This document shows positions 26,401 through 39,345 of a stretch of 64,000 nt of DNA, one piece after another. Numbering within the stretch: the first letter of the stretch is position 1; each line of letters begins with the position of its first letter. The position numbers and the translations under genes are program-made. The DNA is from Nymphaea colorata (taxonomy: Eukaryota): contig NC_045138.2 in the NCBI RefSeq assembly GCF_008831285.2, forward strand, positions 20,956,001-21,020,000. Direction: 5' to 3'. Below the pieces are notes generated by a model, which did no database searches, was not told the DNA's origin, and worked only from the letters and a program-made list of their open reading frames with translations.

Positions 26401-29400
26401 CTTTCTTTAACGTGAATGTCTAACTTGGGGTAGAAACTGTTGATGTCCCTTTTTCTGATTCGGCGGGCGAGGGAGGTTTGTTGAAATGTATTTTTGGGTG
26501 ATTAGGAAGAGTATTTCATCTTACCGTCTAATGAGATAATACACTTCAGTTGGTGCATTGGCGACATTTTCTTTTGCAGTATATAAAGTTGATGTATCTG
26601 ACATTCAAATCGGAGATTGACAGCCTATCAACCCCCGGCTCTGATTTGGATTGCAGTTTTCTTAGGTTAAAAATGAAAACGAAAATTACCTCCGAGCATG
26701 AGATGTTTGATAAGAATAAAATGTCACCAATTTAACCGGACAACATCATGTTTGAAACTCAAAGTTGGTGTGCTTTTAACGGATCCTCCAGCCTAGCATC
26801 ACCCAGATGAGTTATTTCGTCTTAATTGAGCTGTGGTAGGTTTGGAAGTTAGCTGGACTAAAAAGATATCACATGTCAGCACACAAAATTAGTACAGATT
26901 GGGATGTATTAGATGTAAGGCTCCAGGTGCCAACTTCTACTTTATTAGAATCGGAATGTTATCTTGTTGGGTTGTTCAAATTTAAATACTTTTAGTTAGG
27001 GAAAGTACTTATTTCCAAGTAAGCGAGAGCATTATGATACACCGCCGGGAAAAGAGCAGAAGTTTTCCCTCTCCATGCCTCTTGGTTAGTGCTCGGAGTA
27101 GAGTCGGTGCATCTTCAGCTCTGTTCTATGCTCTACATCGGAAAAACTCAAATGATATAATGGAAAAAATATGATTCATATTACCATGCGACATTAATCA
27201 AAGGATAAACTGATCTCAATCGAGAACTTCAATCCTTGTGATCTTTAGAGCTACTTTGATGCAGAGGAACAGGAAAGAAAAGTCTTGTTTTCCATTCATT
27301 TTGATGCTTGCCAAAAGGGCATTCCTTTTTAAATATTTTGAGGGTCTCAAGATAGAAAGCATCCATTCTAACAACACATGTTTGTGACAAACAATGGGGT
27401 CATATGAATGTAAGAAAATCGAATAGTGACTCTAGTTTTGTAGAGTTATCTAACCATTTAATTAGGTTCATCTGATCTAACATGGTAGATAGTTAAGAGA
27501 AAGAAAAATGTGATGGGTATTTTTGTTATCTAATATTATTTTATACATTTTTTTTTATTTTTTTTTCTCTCAACCATCTATCTAAAATAACTGTTTCAAT
27601 TTACTTGCATGGAATCATGACAAATCCGGACCCCCAACTTCAAGGGATCATATATAGGAATGGGTATGAGATCCGTCTAGCTTTTTTTCACCGAATATGT
27701 GCTCTCACTACTTGGGTAGTGTACACTTTATAGAATTATTATTAAAAAATGCACAAAGGGACTCTAAATTTTTGATGGTATAAGAAAGACATGCTTAAAT
27801 TTGCAAGAACAAGTTATATATGTTAGGCCCTGAACATAAGACTGCATGTTAAAGGGTGGAAAGGACAAAATAGCTTTCATGGTAAATAAGAAGACACCTC
27901 CCTCATAAGGGTACAAATGGAATTAAAAAAAAAAAGAACTTTACATTCTTGCAAGTAAGAAGATGAGAACGTTCCTTTATTGAAACAGTAGAACGCAGCT
28001 TCTCTGTTGGCCACCTCACACAGAAATCGGCCTATTAAATTGCACTTTCCTTTTAAGAAATATTATTTTGCTGCCTCTTTTGTCATCTTTACTGCGACCT
28101 CAAGGGTGCAGGAACCTGATGCTTGTCTCGCACGGAATGTACAACTTTTACGACCACAAATAACGAGTGCTACGATTTTTGATAGCATAACAAAAATGCA
28201 CTTAAATTCGAAATACTTTTTATTTGAAAGAGAAAGATTAATTTTTTCTATGTCACCATATGAATATGAAAGAAGGCGTACCTCTCAGCTCTGTTCTTAG
28301 TAGGGTGGTAGGATGAAATACACTTTTGGTTAAATTCGCTCTTTCTATAAGAGGAAAGAGAAGAAGATTTTCCTAGAATTCAATTTTCATGTCGAAAAGA
28401 ATCTCATGATCAGGCCCTTAAAGTTAGATTAATGTGAAAATGACACATACAATCAGAAAACCTTAGCTTTTATTAATGTTGATTGTTGAGCCTTACTCAT
28501 TTTCCTTGTTAGGTTGTTTGTTTTACCGATCCATTAGAAAAATCTCCAAACGAGGGGGTTTTTCGCAATAGCCGGGGTAGAGGTTGGTAGGCGGTCAGTT
28601 TTCGTTAAATGGAGCAGTGATATGCAACAAGAACAAATTATTATTGTCCTTGTGCAATCGCATATTTGTACCACAAAAAAAAAAAAAAAACGAGGTCTCA
28701 TAAGTATAACCCAATTTGCTATATACAATTGAAATGTTCACCAGTATTAGCTTAACTAACAAAGGTTAGTCTTTAACTGTTCATCAAAAGATGTTAAAGA
28801 TCGGCCTTTCTCTCCCAAGACAATTGATGAAAGACACTTCACGACAAAGACAAGTTTCTCAGGCAAAGAGATGAGAGGTTGGGTGAAGGCTTCGGTTTTT
28901 TTTGGCCGATGATGGGTCCGACCCCACTCACCGGAGGGGTGAGTACATCACCAAAAAAGATAATTATGACTCATGAAAAAAGGATACTTAATCGATGAAG
29001 AGGGTGAGGTAAATATTCAATACTTACTTAAATTTGGTTTTTTCCTTTTCTTTTATGAACAAGCTGCTGTGAGGTAACACATCTCTAAGTATTGAATATT
29101 TTACTTTCTTCGGGTCTTAACGATACGGAGGGATGTGACCTATTCAGACGCAGGTGCCCACGGAATTGCCTAGAGTGCGTACCCTATATTCAACTCATTG
29201 TGCTCTGATTTAATTAAGCATACTGCTCTTGAAGAAGTTCTATTCAATTGGTTCATGATATTAGCACTTTTCTTTCCAAACTAAAGTGACAATAACAATT
29301 CCTACCTAATTTCTTGCTCAGTAAAGAGCCCGAAATAATACATAAGAGCACCAACAGCGTTCTGCTTTGTGATTCCTGACCTTTCTAAGCATCGCATCAT

Positions 29401-32400
29401 GTGATTTTCTATGACAAGCTTGCGAAAATCACATGCTGCACATATAAAACTAATGCGCTACATGATTCTTAAAGTAATCTGCAGTAAAAGTTCCGATTTT
29501 TATACTTGTATTGTTGATTATAGGTGTGACCCACTTGACATTGTTAATTATAAAATAAAGAAATGCAACTTACGTTTATCACCATAGCAAGTTTGGCGAA
29601 TACTTTTTTATTACTGTGCAGGTTTGTTCTTGGCCATCCAAGAAAAGGCATTTTGGTTCCAGAATTGAAAATAATATGCTTGTTAAAACAAGAGTTAAAA
29701 TCTTAGAATTGATGAATTAATAAAACCTTCATGTCATGTCCCCTAAAGAAAGACAAAATATTCTAAAATTATATAATCATACTTTCACGTTAAGGGTAGA
29801 TTCACAATTTCAGAATTTTGATTCAAGGATGAGCTTATAATTCTGAAATCAAAATTCTTTGTTTGGTAATAATTCCCATTTCATAAAAATTGAGAATTTT
29901 AATTTGATAATTCCACAATGCCGACCACAATTTTACTTTGCTAGGTCTGATTCCGAAACCATTTGGCATAACTAATATTGTTGCACATTTATGCTCAAAT
30001 AAACAACTGAAAATGTATCATTATATAGTTCTCTCGTAATAACACACCAAGGAACTACCAAATAAATACAACAGGAAATCATATTCAATTGCAAGCAATT
30101 ACAATCTCCACTTGCAGTTTATTTTACAAAGTAGAAAGAACTAGGGACGAACTAGCTTCATACATCACCTTGCTGCCTTTGCATGTCTGGATCTACGAAA
30201 TCAGCCTTAATTTGAACTCCGGTGTAATTATTTTCCCAACTCCCATGCCTGTGAGATATATGCATACATGGTGAGAGAGATGGGATATGTATGTGAGCAT
30301 GATCACTAGCAGCTAGTAGCTATAGAGTAAATGAGGTTATCTCCAAGTCAATTTTGACATTTTTCCGGCTTTGAAGGTGGCGGCATTTGGATTGTGGTTT
30401 TCTGGTGGCATCTCTTTTACGGTGCCGTTCTCCCACCGAGCTTCCGTTACACAGTTAATTTTTGGATCGAGGTACATATTTTTCTGCAATGTGGCAGTTT
30501 CTCATGCTTCTTGGAGGAGTGTTATAACCACATATAAAGCCAAATTTTATTGATAGATTGTGCCTGAAGCCGGAAAAATGTCTCAAAAAATAGCTACCAC
30601 TAATTTCTATTGACATTCCTATGTATGTTCATGAGTTTCAATAACCACATGTAAAGCCAAATTTTATTGATAGAAAATGTGCCCGAGCACCTAGAAGCTA
30701 GGAAAAAATGTCAAAAAAAAAATGAATACTTCTAAGCGTATATCTGATTGGAATATGATCTGTTGTCATTTCTAAGCATGTTCATGAGTTTCAAGGCAAG
30801 CAAGCCATGAACACATATCCTATGATCATTATGCAAAGCCTGGTCAAACTAAGGTGAGGTGTTTTCAGCTGATCGTTTTAAGTTCCCTACCAGAGCAACG
30901 TTATCTTCAATGCTCAACGATGGGCAACATAAGTTCAACGCCACAATGGTTGCAAGCGAAGCTAAAAAGACCCAAGAAGTTCTGCTTGTTGAGTTTAAGA
31001 ATAAAAACAACCAGCAAGCCTCTCTAGGGACAAAGTGTAGCTGGTCGAACTGGTGTAGCTGGTCGGACTGGCAGACCAGTAAAAATTTGGTTGTGAGCTT
31101 GATTTTTGTGACCAACTATTCTTTTGTATCGTGTGGATATAAGACACTTTAATTGATGGATGCACCACTTCTCAATCAAGTCCAGAGAGAAAAGGGGAAG
31201 ACTTGCAAATTAATATTGAACTCAAGGCAAATCTTGCAGGTAACGTTTCTGAACTTTAAGCTTCTTTTTCTTCTAGTCATTTACTGATATTTCATACCAG
31301 AGCCACCAACCACATAACCTATTTAGTGTTTATTATCTCATATGGGCAGCGTCCACAACCCTGCGTATCTTTTGCCTGTGATCCGCTCCAATGGCACCAA
31401 ACGTTGTCTCACATCTGGGCAATATTGAATTGAACAGAAACTTATTTCTAAAGAGATCCTTCTTGTTTCAGGCTTCGCTTTCAAGCTTATTTTTGCAACA
31501 ATGTTGTCGAAGTATAGGCTCATCTCCTACCATTTTCTCACACCAAACTCACCCTACCCTTTACTCAAAAAGTACGTTTGCGTGGAAGGAATAGCAAGAT
31601 AGAGTTGAAGTGAAAAAGCAAGGATGCAAGATGGGAGGCACGACTCCTATGAAGAATTTTGACGCGGTGCGCAAGTTTACGATCTACTTGGATTGGCGAT
31701 GACTTCCAGACGAGAACCTGCAGGATTGAACATCAGCTTAATATTTTTGAAAACCTGTGATGTCTGCCGCAATGCTGTTTTGGAGATTTATTTCCATTGG
31801 CAAATCATGTCAGTATCCCCAATATGAAGTGTTGTTACTTTTCTTGGGTTTCTTGTTACTTAGTTACTTGCAAGATCTTTCATGACTTTGATTGGAATGG
31901 GTAGACTTGTCAAGTTAACTTATACATGACCCCGTTGAGCATTCTACTCTTGCTGCAAGTTTCTCAGTTGTCAATGATTCCAATACTTGGCATTGTTGTG
32001 TAACGCATGCATCTTATTCTACGGAGAAACTTTGGTTTGAATTTATTTATGACAAACCATCCAGAATAACCTTTACCAGTGTTCACATGTTCATCTTGTT
32101 GAGCAGTTACAATGCACACTTATAAAGGAACTTTGGTTCAAATCTTAGAATGGTCGCTGTCACGTCCCAGACACTTTGTGTTTTAACACCCTTTTACGTG
32201 GCAATTTACATAAAGAGGTCTATATACATGTACCCACCTGGATTAATTTCTTGAAAGGGGGACTATATATTCTGCAGACTAAATAAATCAAATTTTGGGT
32301 TGAGACAATCCTGTTACAGTTGAACGGGTTTGAAAAAAATCCTCAATCCTCGAGGGTGCGGGTTTTGCTCAGTCGATGGCAATGAGAAACTGTTTGAAAT

Positions 32401-32951
32401 AGTTAATCTGTCTTTGAAAATTATCATTACAGAAAAATTTTCAATCGGTTGGAAGAGAAAGAAGCAACTTATAACTGCCCTTTGATCCTTGGCCGAAGCA
32501 GCTAATAGAAAAAATTTTAATTAGTTGGAAGAAAAAGAAGCAACTTGCTTCTTCTGGATCCTTGGGCGAATCAGATCTACATTATGCCTTCCTGGCTTTT
32601 GCAATGTGTAAATTAACGTGGATAAAGACAACAAACTATTCACAAATAGCTCCATTCCCACGGCGATCCAAGAGGTTGGCATACATTAAGAAGCTCCAGA
32701 GTCTCAAGAGCAGCATCCTACTCCAGCAAACAGGAGTTCGCTGTTAGACAGCATCTGTACGTTTTATGTTTCTTTAGCTATGTCTATTTGTTTGCACGGG
32801 CTCACTGGATCAAAGAAATGAAACAGAGGACCATGGTATGTACGCTAAAACACTAGTGTTTGCCGAACGTAGAAACAACTTGAATGGCTACCTTGAATAT
32901 TTGCTCAGAGCTAGCTGTAAGGTAATGTACTGGTAACTGTTCACTTGAATA

Positions 32952-33038
32952 AGCTCACTAGAGTTAGTTTTCTGGTAATAACATTTGATTAAATTAGCTC
33001 ACTAGAGTTAGTTTTCTGGTAATAACATTGATTAAATT
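32952..33038. repeat. 44-bp tandem duplication
   Basis: agctcactagagttagttttctggtaataacatt(t)gattaaatt twice, differing by a 1-nt indel. Confidence 0.95.
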
Positions 33039-36000
33039 ATGGGGTCAGTAGATTCTGAAATTATACTGTTACTATATATAATACATCAAAGTTTACAGAT
33101 GTAATGCACATAAGAGATCAGGAGAGAAGTGCTATACCATCTCTATGTTTTCCGTTATCACAAATACATTTGTGAACTTTTTCTCTTGAATTCCATGCAT
33201 GCAGTAGGGAAAGCTTAAAGGTATTATCCTTGTTAATACTTGAAGGAGTTTATTAGTTCAATTATGATATTGTTAATTAGTTGGGCCATGAAACCTTGGG
33301 CTCATTTGATCCAACTGGCTTCTGGTTTTGCTGCTGTTTTCTCGCATTGCATTTGTTAATTTTTACTTGACATGTCAAGTTGCTGTCAGGTATTATCATA
33401 ACATCACTTCAGATACATTGGTGGTGCTTGAGGCTATGAGCGTATGGGGTGGAGACACTGATTTGTTAGGAGAGGATACTCCTAAGGTCAGAGTTTGGTA
33501 GATGATACGAGCCATGGATGAAAATAAATGCCTTTGCTTGTTTTCCTGTATGCAGGCTGCCATCAACCCATGTATATGAAAAGCCAAAAAAGACGGCAGA
33601 AGATATCATCTTAGAGTACTCCAAGAAGTCGGACATGGCTGTCAATATGATAATGAGGTTTCTCAGGCTGAAACCTGCATTGCTGTATTTTGTTCAGTAA
33701 ACTTGACTGTTAATTTTACATGAATCCATAGTTTCTTTTCCTTTTTCTTTTCCAATACATCTACACATTTGAGGCCTACATATGATTAGTCATTTTCATT
33801 CAAAAACTGTTTCAATTTAATTATAAATAAGAAATCTTCCTTTTTTACTGTTACTATACATACATTTTCTACTTGCAGCAATTACTTGTTCAAAAAACAA
33901 AAAAAATCCTTTGCGCTCACGATGCATGTATGGTCTTCCTAATTTTGCTTTGACTGCGACTCTTCAAGGCCGTTTGGCAACCGTAACAATATGTTATTTT
34001 TCCATGTATCTGCCCCTCCTTGTTAGGGATGCCTTAGAGGATAGGGAAATAAGAAAGTGCAGGAAACAGGGCATCACCTAACAATTCCAATGAAAGGTTG
34101 CTGGGAGATAGTCTCCCCCCGCCTTTTATTGCAAAAAAAAAGAAAAAAAACTTATGTACAAGAAAGAATCAAAAAGGGATGCAGCACATCAACAGAGGCA
34201 AACAAAACGGACGGACCAAAGAAAAAGAAGAAACCAGGAAGGCAAACACAAACCCCTCTAAAAACAATAACAGGAAAACATATAATAGCCAAAACCAGAA
34301 AACCAGGCAGAGCTGAGTAGTCGGTACCTCCCGTAGGCCCCAAAATCATCAACCAGTGACATGTCCGATGACTGAGTCCAAGCATGGTTTCACCTGCATG
34401 ATGCCAACGTCCATGGGTATATCACCTTACTGTAACTTAAACCATCTACTGCACTCCTCAATTTGCTTCCGTCGAGCAGGCCATTTACACCAACCTTTCA
34501 ATATGAGATCTCAATCATCTCATCCGCGGAGCCAGAATTTTTTTTTCTATGAAGCATTAAACATATAGTTGACAAATTTTCAATTGGCCATTAAGCAGTG
34601 ACCTGGATCTGGTGGGGCTGTCATATATAACAAGACTTAGATCCACCTAAATGTAACTTAAATTAAGCTTTCAGAAACTGGGCTTCGTGGAGCATAAGGC
34701 CCCCACCTACCTCCCCCCCTGGTCTCATCCAAACTCTTATTTTTCGAGTGAACTGTTAGGCGACTCTCTATCTTCTGCAATTTGCCAACGCTCCATTCTA
34801 ATCATGCTTTCTAAGGAAAATGAGAAGCCTTTTAGAGATTAAACACAACTTACAAATGACAATTAAGCTTGGTTATTTTACTTCAAACAAGCTGCAAGTT
34901 ATGGGCCATATGTATGCCATTGATAGTCCTAGATGCATCGAAAAGCTAATTATTTCGACATGGCAAAATATGGCTGCAGCAAGGTGTTTGTGCAGACTAA
35001 TAACTCCATGTTTTTTGTTGCATCTAGTGGTGTACATGACAAAATTTGTCCACACCAATTTTATCTATGAAACGGGAAAAAAAATATTAACCTATATGTT
35101 TTTGACATGCATTTTCAGCTCGTGAAACATGACTGTTGCTTTAATATGTAAACTTAACCTGCAGTAGCGTAGGCATTCATCATTAGTTCACTTATTTGTT
35201 ATTTCCCATCAACATTTGCAAATTTGCTTATTATGGAGAGATGCAAACAATGGTTTCGTAATTCATATTTAATGTCATTCTTAAATTTAATCATGAACAT
35301 GGTTGTTCCTGATTACTTTTAGGTCCACACTTTTAAAAATGGTTTATAGCCATTTATAAAAGTACTCTATGTCGTTGTGACTACTGGGCACTTTGCACAG
35401 GCTTCTCATCAATACAGTTTCTGCTTCCTTGCACTTATGCTACCATTTGCTTCCTTTTCACGTCCAGGTTACCTCTATTCAGGTTTTCAGTTTGAGGATG
35501 AGCCAGCAGTGAAGGAGGCTGCCTTTCTGTTCCTGTCAACTAAACTGCTTTACCCAGACAGAAATTTGATCCGCTATAAAAGAGCTGTTTTTCCGCTCCT
35601 TTTAGTCTGATGTAGGTGCCCATAGGTAATTTTTAAATCATCATAATGTAATTTTGAATTCTTCTAATAAAATTTTTGATGGGCTGATGTGGGCAGTGGC
35701 CATCCATGTGGGGGTCATCAATCCGAGCCAACTAATACTATGGCTTACTCATATATGTTCATAATCCTAAATGCCTTTTTGTTGTTTTCTGGTGTATAAA
35801 TTGAAGTACAGCGAGAGCAATAACGCCGAAAGCAAACCTTCTACCTTAGAGGAGAAGAGGTTTTCTAGTAAAGGTCTATAGCACTCTCCTTCTACAAACA
35901 CTCCTCTGGTTTTCAAGTTCAGCAATATGGGATACGGATCCTACACCCAGATCTAGAACACTCGGCTGGCTTGTTGCACCGGACAGAATTCCGGCAACCT

Positions 36001-36666
36001 CAAACCTGAAAAGGTCCGGTTCCCGGCTAGCTAGCTGGTGTGTAGATTACAGCAAATCTGAGGAGACAACGGCGCGATTGTTTTAGGCATGCCTGGTAGT
36101 TAAGATTTTGGTCCATAATACATGGAAGTCTCCACTGAACCGTATTGATGATCGGTCCGTTATTCGTGGCCTCATCCTTGGTCAGCATAAAAAGTGTTCT
36201 TTTTTATAGCTAATTAACTTTGGCTGTAGGTGGGAAACTTGGTCATGCAGGAGCCATCTAATGTATAAGAGAAGTTTAGCTAAACTTACCGGCTATGACT
36301 GAAGATACTGAACGATCTCTTCATACTTTGGAAGGGGAAAAGGGCCCAACGCATTGCATTGGGCCGGGCGCATGGTAGCAGCCCATGTTTCCTTCTACCT
36401 ACACACATACATATGAGAGTTTAATACTGACTTGGCTTGATATTATTGGATGGCTAAAATTTAAATTTTTATTATTGATAAACAGTCATTAAATTACCAT
36501 TAACCATGGTTTCTAGTGTGACAACAGTTTATGATGGCTTTTAACAAAGATTTACTACAAACCATTCATTTTTAAATTTTAACCACCTAATAACTATATA
36601 TTTGCAGCAATGTTGACTATATATATATATATGTGAGTGTTTTCAAGTTCTGTGGCAACATGAAAG

Positions 36667-36703
<37 letters not shown>

Positions 36704-36819
36704 TTGAGTGGTTCATCTCTAATTCCTCAAGGAGAAGCAACTGCTTTTATTTTATACCATCACTCATAAGATTTACAAAGCTTGCTTCGAAAGGATTCAA
36801 GACTGAGTGCACTGAATGA

Positions 36820-36890
36820 GACAACAACCATAGAATTTAAACCTATGACTCTTTAAAATGGATCACCTTGTCGTCCAGTATGCTACAGTT
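36820..36890 (-). mobile_element. Putative tRNA-derived SINE head (copy 2)
   Basis: Minus strand TAGCATACTGGACGACAAGGTGATCC aligns with copy 1 TAGCGTACTGGGCGGTAAGGTGGTCC. Degenerate B-box GGTTTAAATTC. Confidence 0.35.
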
Positions 36891-36929
36891 TTGATGAATT
36901 ATGAAACTCTTTTTTTTTTTATTTTTTAA

Positions 36930-37013
36930 TTAATTGTTTACATTTTGATTTAAAAAGCTGGAAAAACTCAGTTAATTGTTTACATTTTGATTTAAAAAGC
37001 CGGAAAAACTCAG
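36930..37013. repeat. 42-bp tandem duplication
   Basis: ttaattgtttacattttgatttaaaaagc(t/c)ggaaaaactcag twice, 1 mismatch. Confidence 0.95.
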
Positions 37014-37382
37014 TTTTTTACCTTTCGATGATTGGACCGCGTTCTCTTTTGTTTTTTTTGGTGGTCTAGAACGTCCGCGACTCTGGCTAGTCAGAAAACA
37101 TCATCCGTCAAAAGACTGAATCCGGCAGCACCTTTGCCCCCAAGTTGGTCCGAACACATTAATTGCTTCTAATGTTTCACGGTTGAGGACTTATGTCCAA
37201 GTTTGACACGTACGAACTGACTAGCCAAAGTGTCGAAAAGGCACGAAGTGGTATCCAATGTTACTAAATAGTAATAACCAAGCCGAGCGAAACGGGGAGA
37301 GGAAAATATATTTCTATATTCTCCTTCTCGAATTTGAATTTTTCTCACTCAAACAACAAGGTTGGGCAGACAGTCATAAATT

Positions 37383-37474
37383 AATTCTTATAAACATTGA
37401 GAATGCAACACTCTAAATTCATAAGCTCAATTCTTATAAACATTGAGAATGCAACACTCTAAATTCATAAGCTC
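37383..37474. repeat. 46-bp perfect tandem duplication
   Basis: aattcttataaacattgagaatgcaacactctaaattcataagctc twice. Confidence 0.95.
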
Positions 37475-39003
37475 ACTTAAGTCTAGCGTAATCTAGGATT
37501 TCGAAGACAGGAAGAATGGAAGAGCTTTTGAGTTTTTTTTTTTTTTTTTTTTGTTAACATCTTGCTCATCTAAAATTTGAATTTTTCTCCCATGTTTGAA
37601 TATTGGAAAAACGACGTACAAATGCTTTTTGAATTTGTAGTGATAAAGAAGTATGTTGTTTTTAGGGGAGAACCCAACTCCAAATTTGATGACTCCATTG
37701 TTCATCTATGTGAAGTAGGCATTTCAAATCCCAATGTATAAGGTTGTGACAAAGAAATTTGATTTGACTATGCAATGACTTCATTAAGTTGAGGGAAGGG
37801 ACTTCAAATTTATAGTTTTTTTAAACAGAACTTTTACATGCCTGTTGGGATAAGAGTCTCCAAGTTTCATCCATCCTCTCACCCCTTATGTCCAGGCCTG
37901 TTTTTGGTATGTCGAGGTCCTTCAGTGTGAGTATGTATAGGTTATGCAATATTTACAATTCATAAGTGAGATGTTAGTTTTTTCTTGGAAAAAAAAAGTC
38001 CCCAGTTATGATCAAATATTTCTCCAACAAGATAGAACAGAGAATCGGTTCTATTTGGACTTAAGCATAAAATTCTATAACCTGTCGAATTTCAGATTTC
38101 AGAAATTAGATTTGCCAAATTTTCCGTCCTCTACAAGTCTTCTGAAGTAGCCAAATGAGTCAGGAGTAAATCTGTGGGGTTTGAACCATGGAGATCACAT
38201 CTTTTGGTTAAGCTTCGAAGTTCTTTCATATTTCATACCATGATGCTTTTGGCCATGCCTATAAAGACATTGATTTTTTTTTTTAAAATACCAATTATAG
38301 ATTGACAGACTTTTCATTGGTAAAACCCTTCTAGGTGAGCGGGAGAATTAATCACATCGTCTAGGGGAGGGCTGGAATCCTATTCTTCTCTCCTCTCTCC
38401 TCCCTCCCACCTCAAATTTTCCTTGCCCATAGGATTCAGAGCTACGTCAGTATCAGTAGCAAGATCTCTATGTGTTTCAACTTGCATATGAGACACAACC
38501 CCTCTTACGACACAAAAACATAGCTCCCCACAAGTCGAACAGAAGATGCTCTGAATAGCGCATCTCAAGTTCACCCGTTTGAGCTATACTCTTCCGGGCT
38601 CCTTTAGGAAGACCCTTAAAAGGTCGTTTGATTGGATGTCCCTTTTTCGTGTGCTTCACGTTGGGAGAGATGGAATGCACCGAACACTTAAAATGGTGCC
38701 CGTTCTAAGCACAAGTAACGTCCCTCGTGTGCAATAGAAGTGTGCCAGTTAAAGGACTTCTTTTAAGGCATCCTTTCATAATCAAGCTTCTACCATGCAC
38801 GAATAAATGTTCCTTTAACCAATAAGTTATTTTGAGTAGGACCGTGACTAATAAGCAAGTTGGAGGGAAACGTGGATGCAAAATTTATGTTGTCAGTTAT
38901 TATTGCGATCCACTGTTTGTCTACATCCCCAAATCCAAATCCACAGCAAGACAAACAGACCCTTAATCATTTATGTCAAGAGGTGCTGGAACTCGAACAC
39001 TTA

Positions 39004-39149
39004 GGGGCGGTTTGACATCAATAACATACTCATGAATCTATCTCAAAATTAGGTATACCAAGATGTTACATTGTTCTATAAACTTGGCTTATTTTTTTGA
39101 AACAGATTCATGAAAGAATAACAACATGCCGCTGTTGTCAAACAACTCC
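39004..39149. mobile_element. Tourist/PIF-Harbinger-like MITE upstream of the NIPA gene
   Basis: TTA TSD at 39001-39003 and 39150-39152. TIRs ggggcggtttgaca / tgtcaaacaactcc. Internal inverted pair catgaatct / agattcatg. Confidence 0.8.
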
Positions 39150-39204
39150 TTAAAGCTCTATATGTTTTATTATATCAATTTTCTTAACGTTAACGGATCC
39201 ACAT

Positions 39205-39345
39205 TCAGGTAGGAAGAGAAGTTGAATGGCAGCAGCGCACGAGGTGTGGTGATTTTTCAGGTTAGAAGAGAAAGTTGAATGGCACCATACGAGGCGTGAT
39301 CTATCAGGTCCAAAAGGAAAGTTGAATGGCAACACCATAGGTGTT
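39205..39345. repeat. Three degenerate tandem units of about 50 bp with core AAGTTGAATGGCA
   Basis: The pattern tcaggt..aagttgaatggca..aggtg recurs three times. Confidence 0.7.

Noticed and set aside
33960..34730. Mosaic with a Tourist-like half-TIR, a possible LINE 3' end and a GCGGAGCCAG MITE end
   Set aside because: Probably TE-derived, but boundaries, TSDs and coding motifs could not be established.
39205..39345. Repeated AAGTTGAATGGCA with variable spacers, superficially CRISPR-like
   Set aside because: Eukaryotic context, only three units, spacers similar to each other and no cas genes. It is a degenerate tandem repeat.
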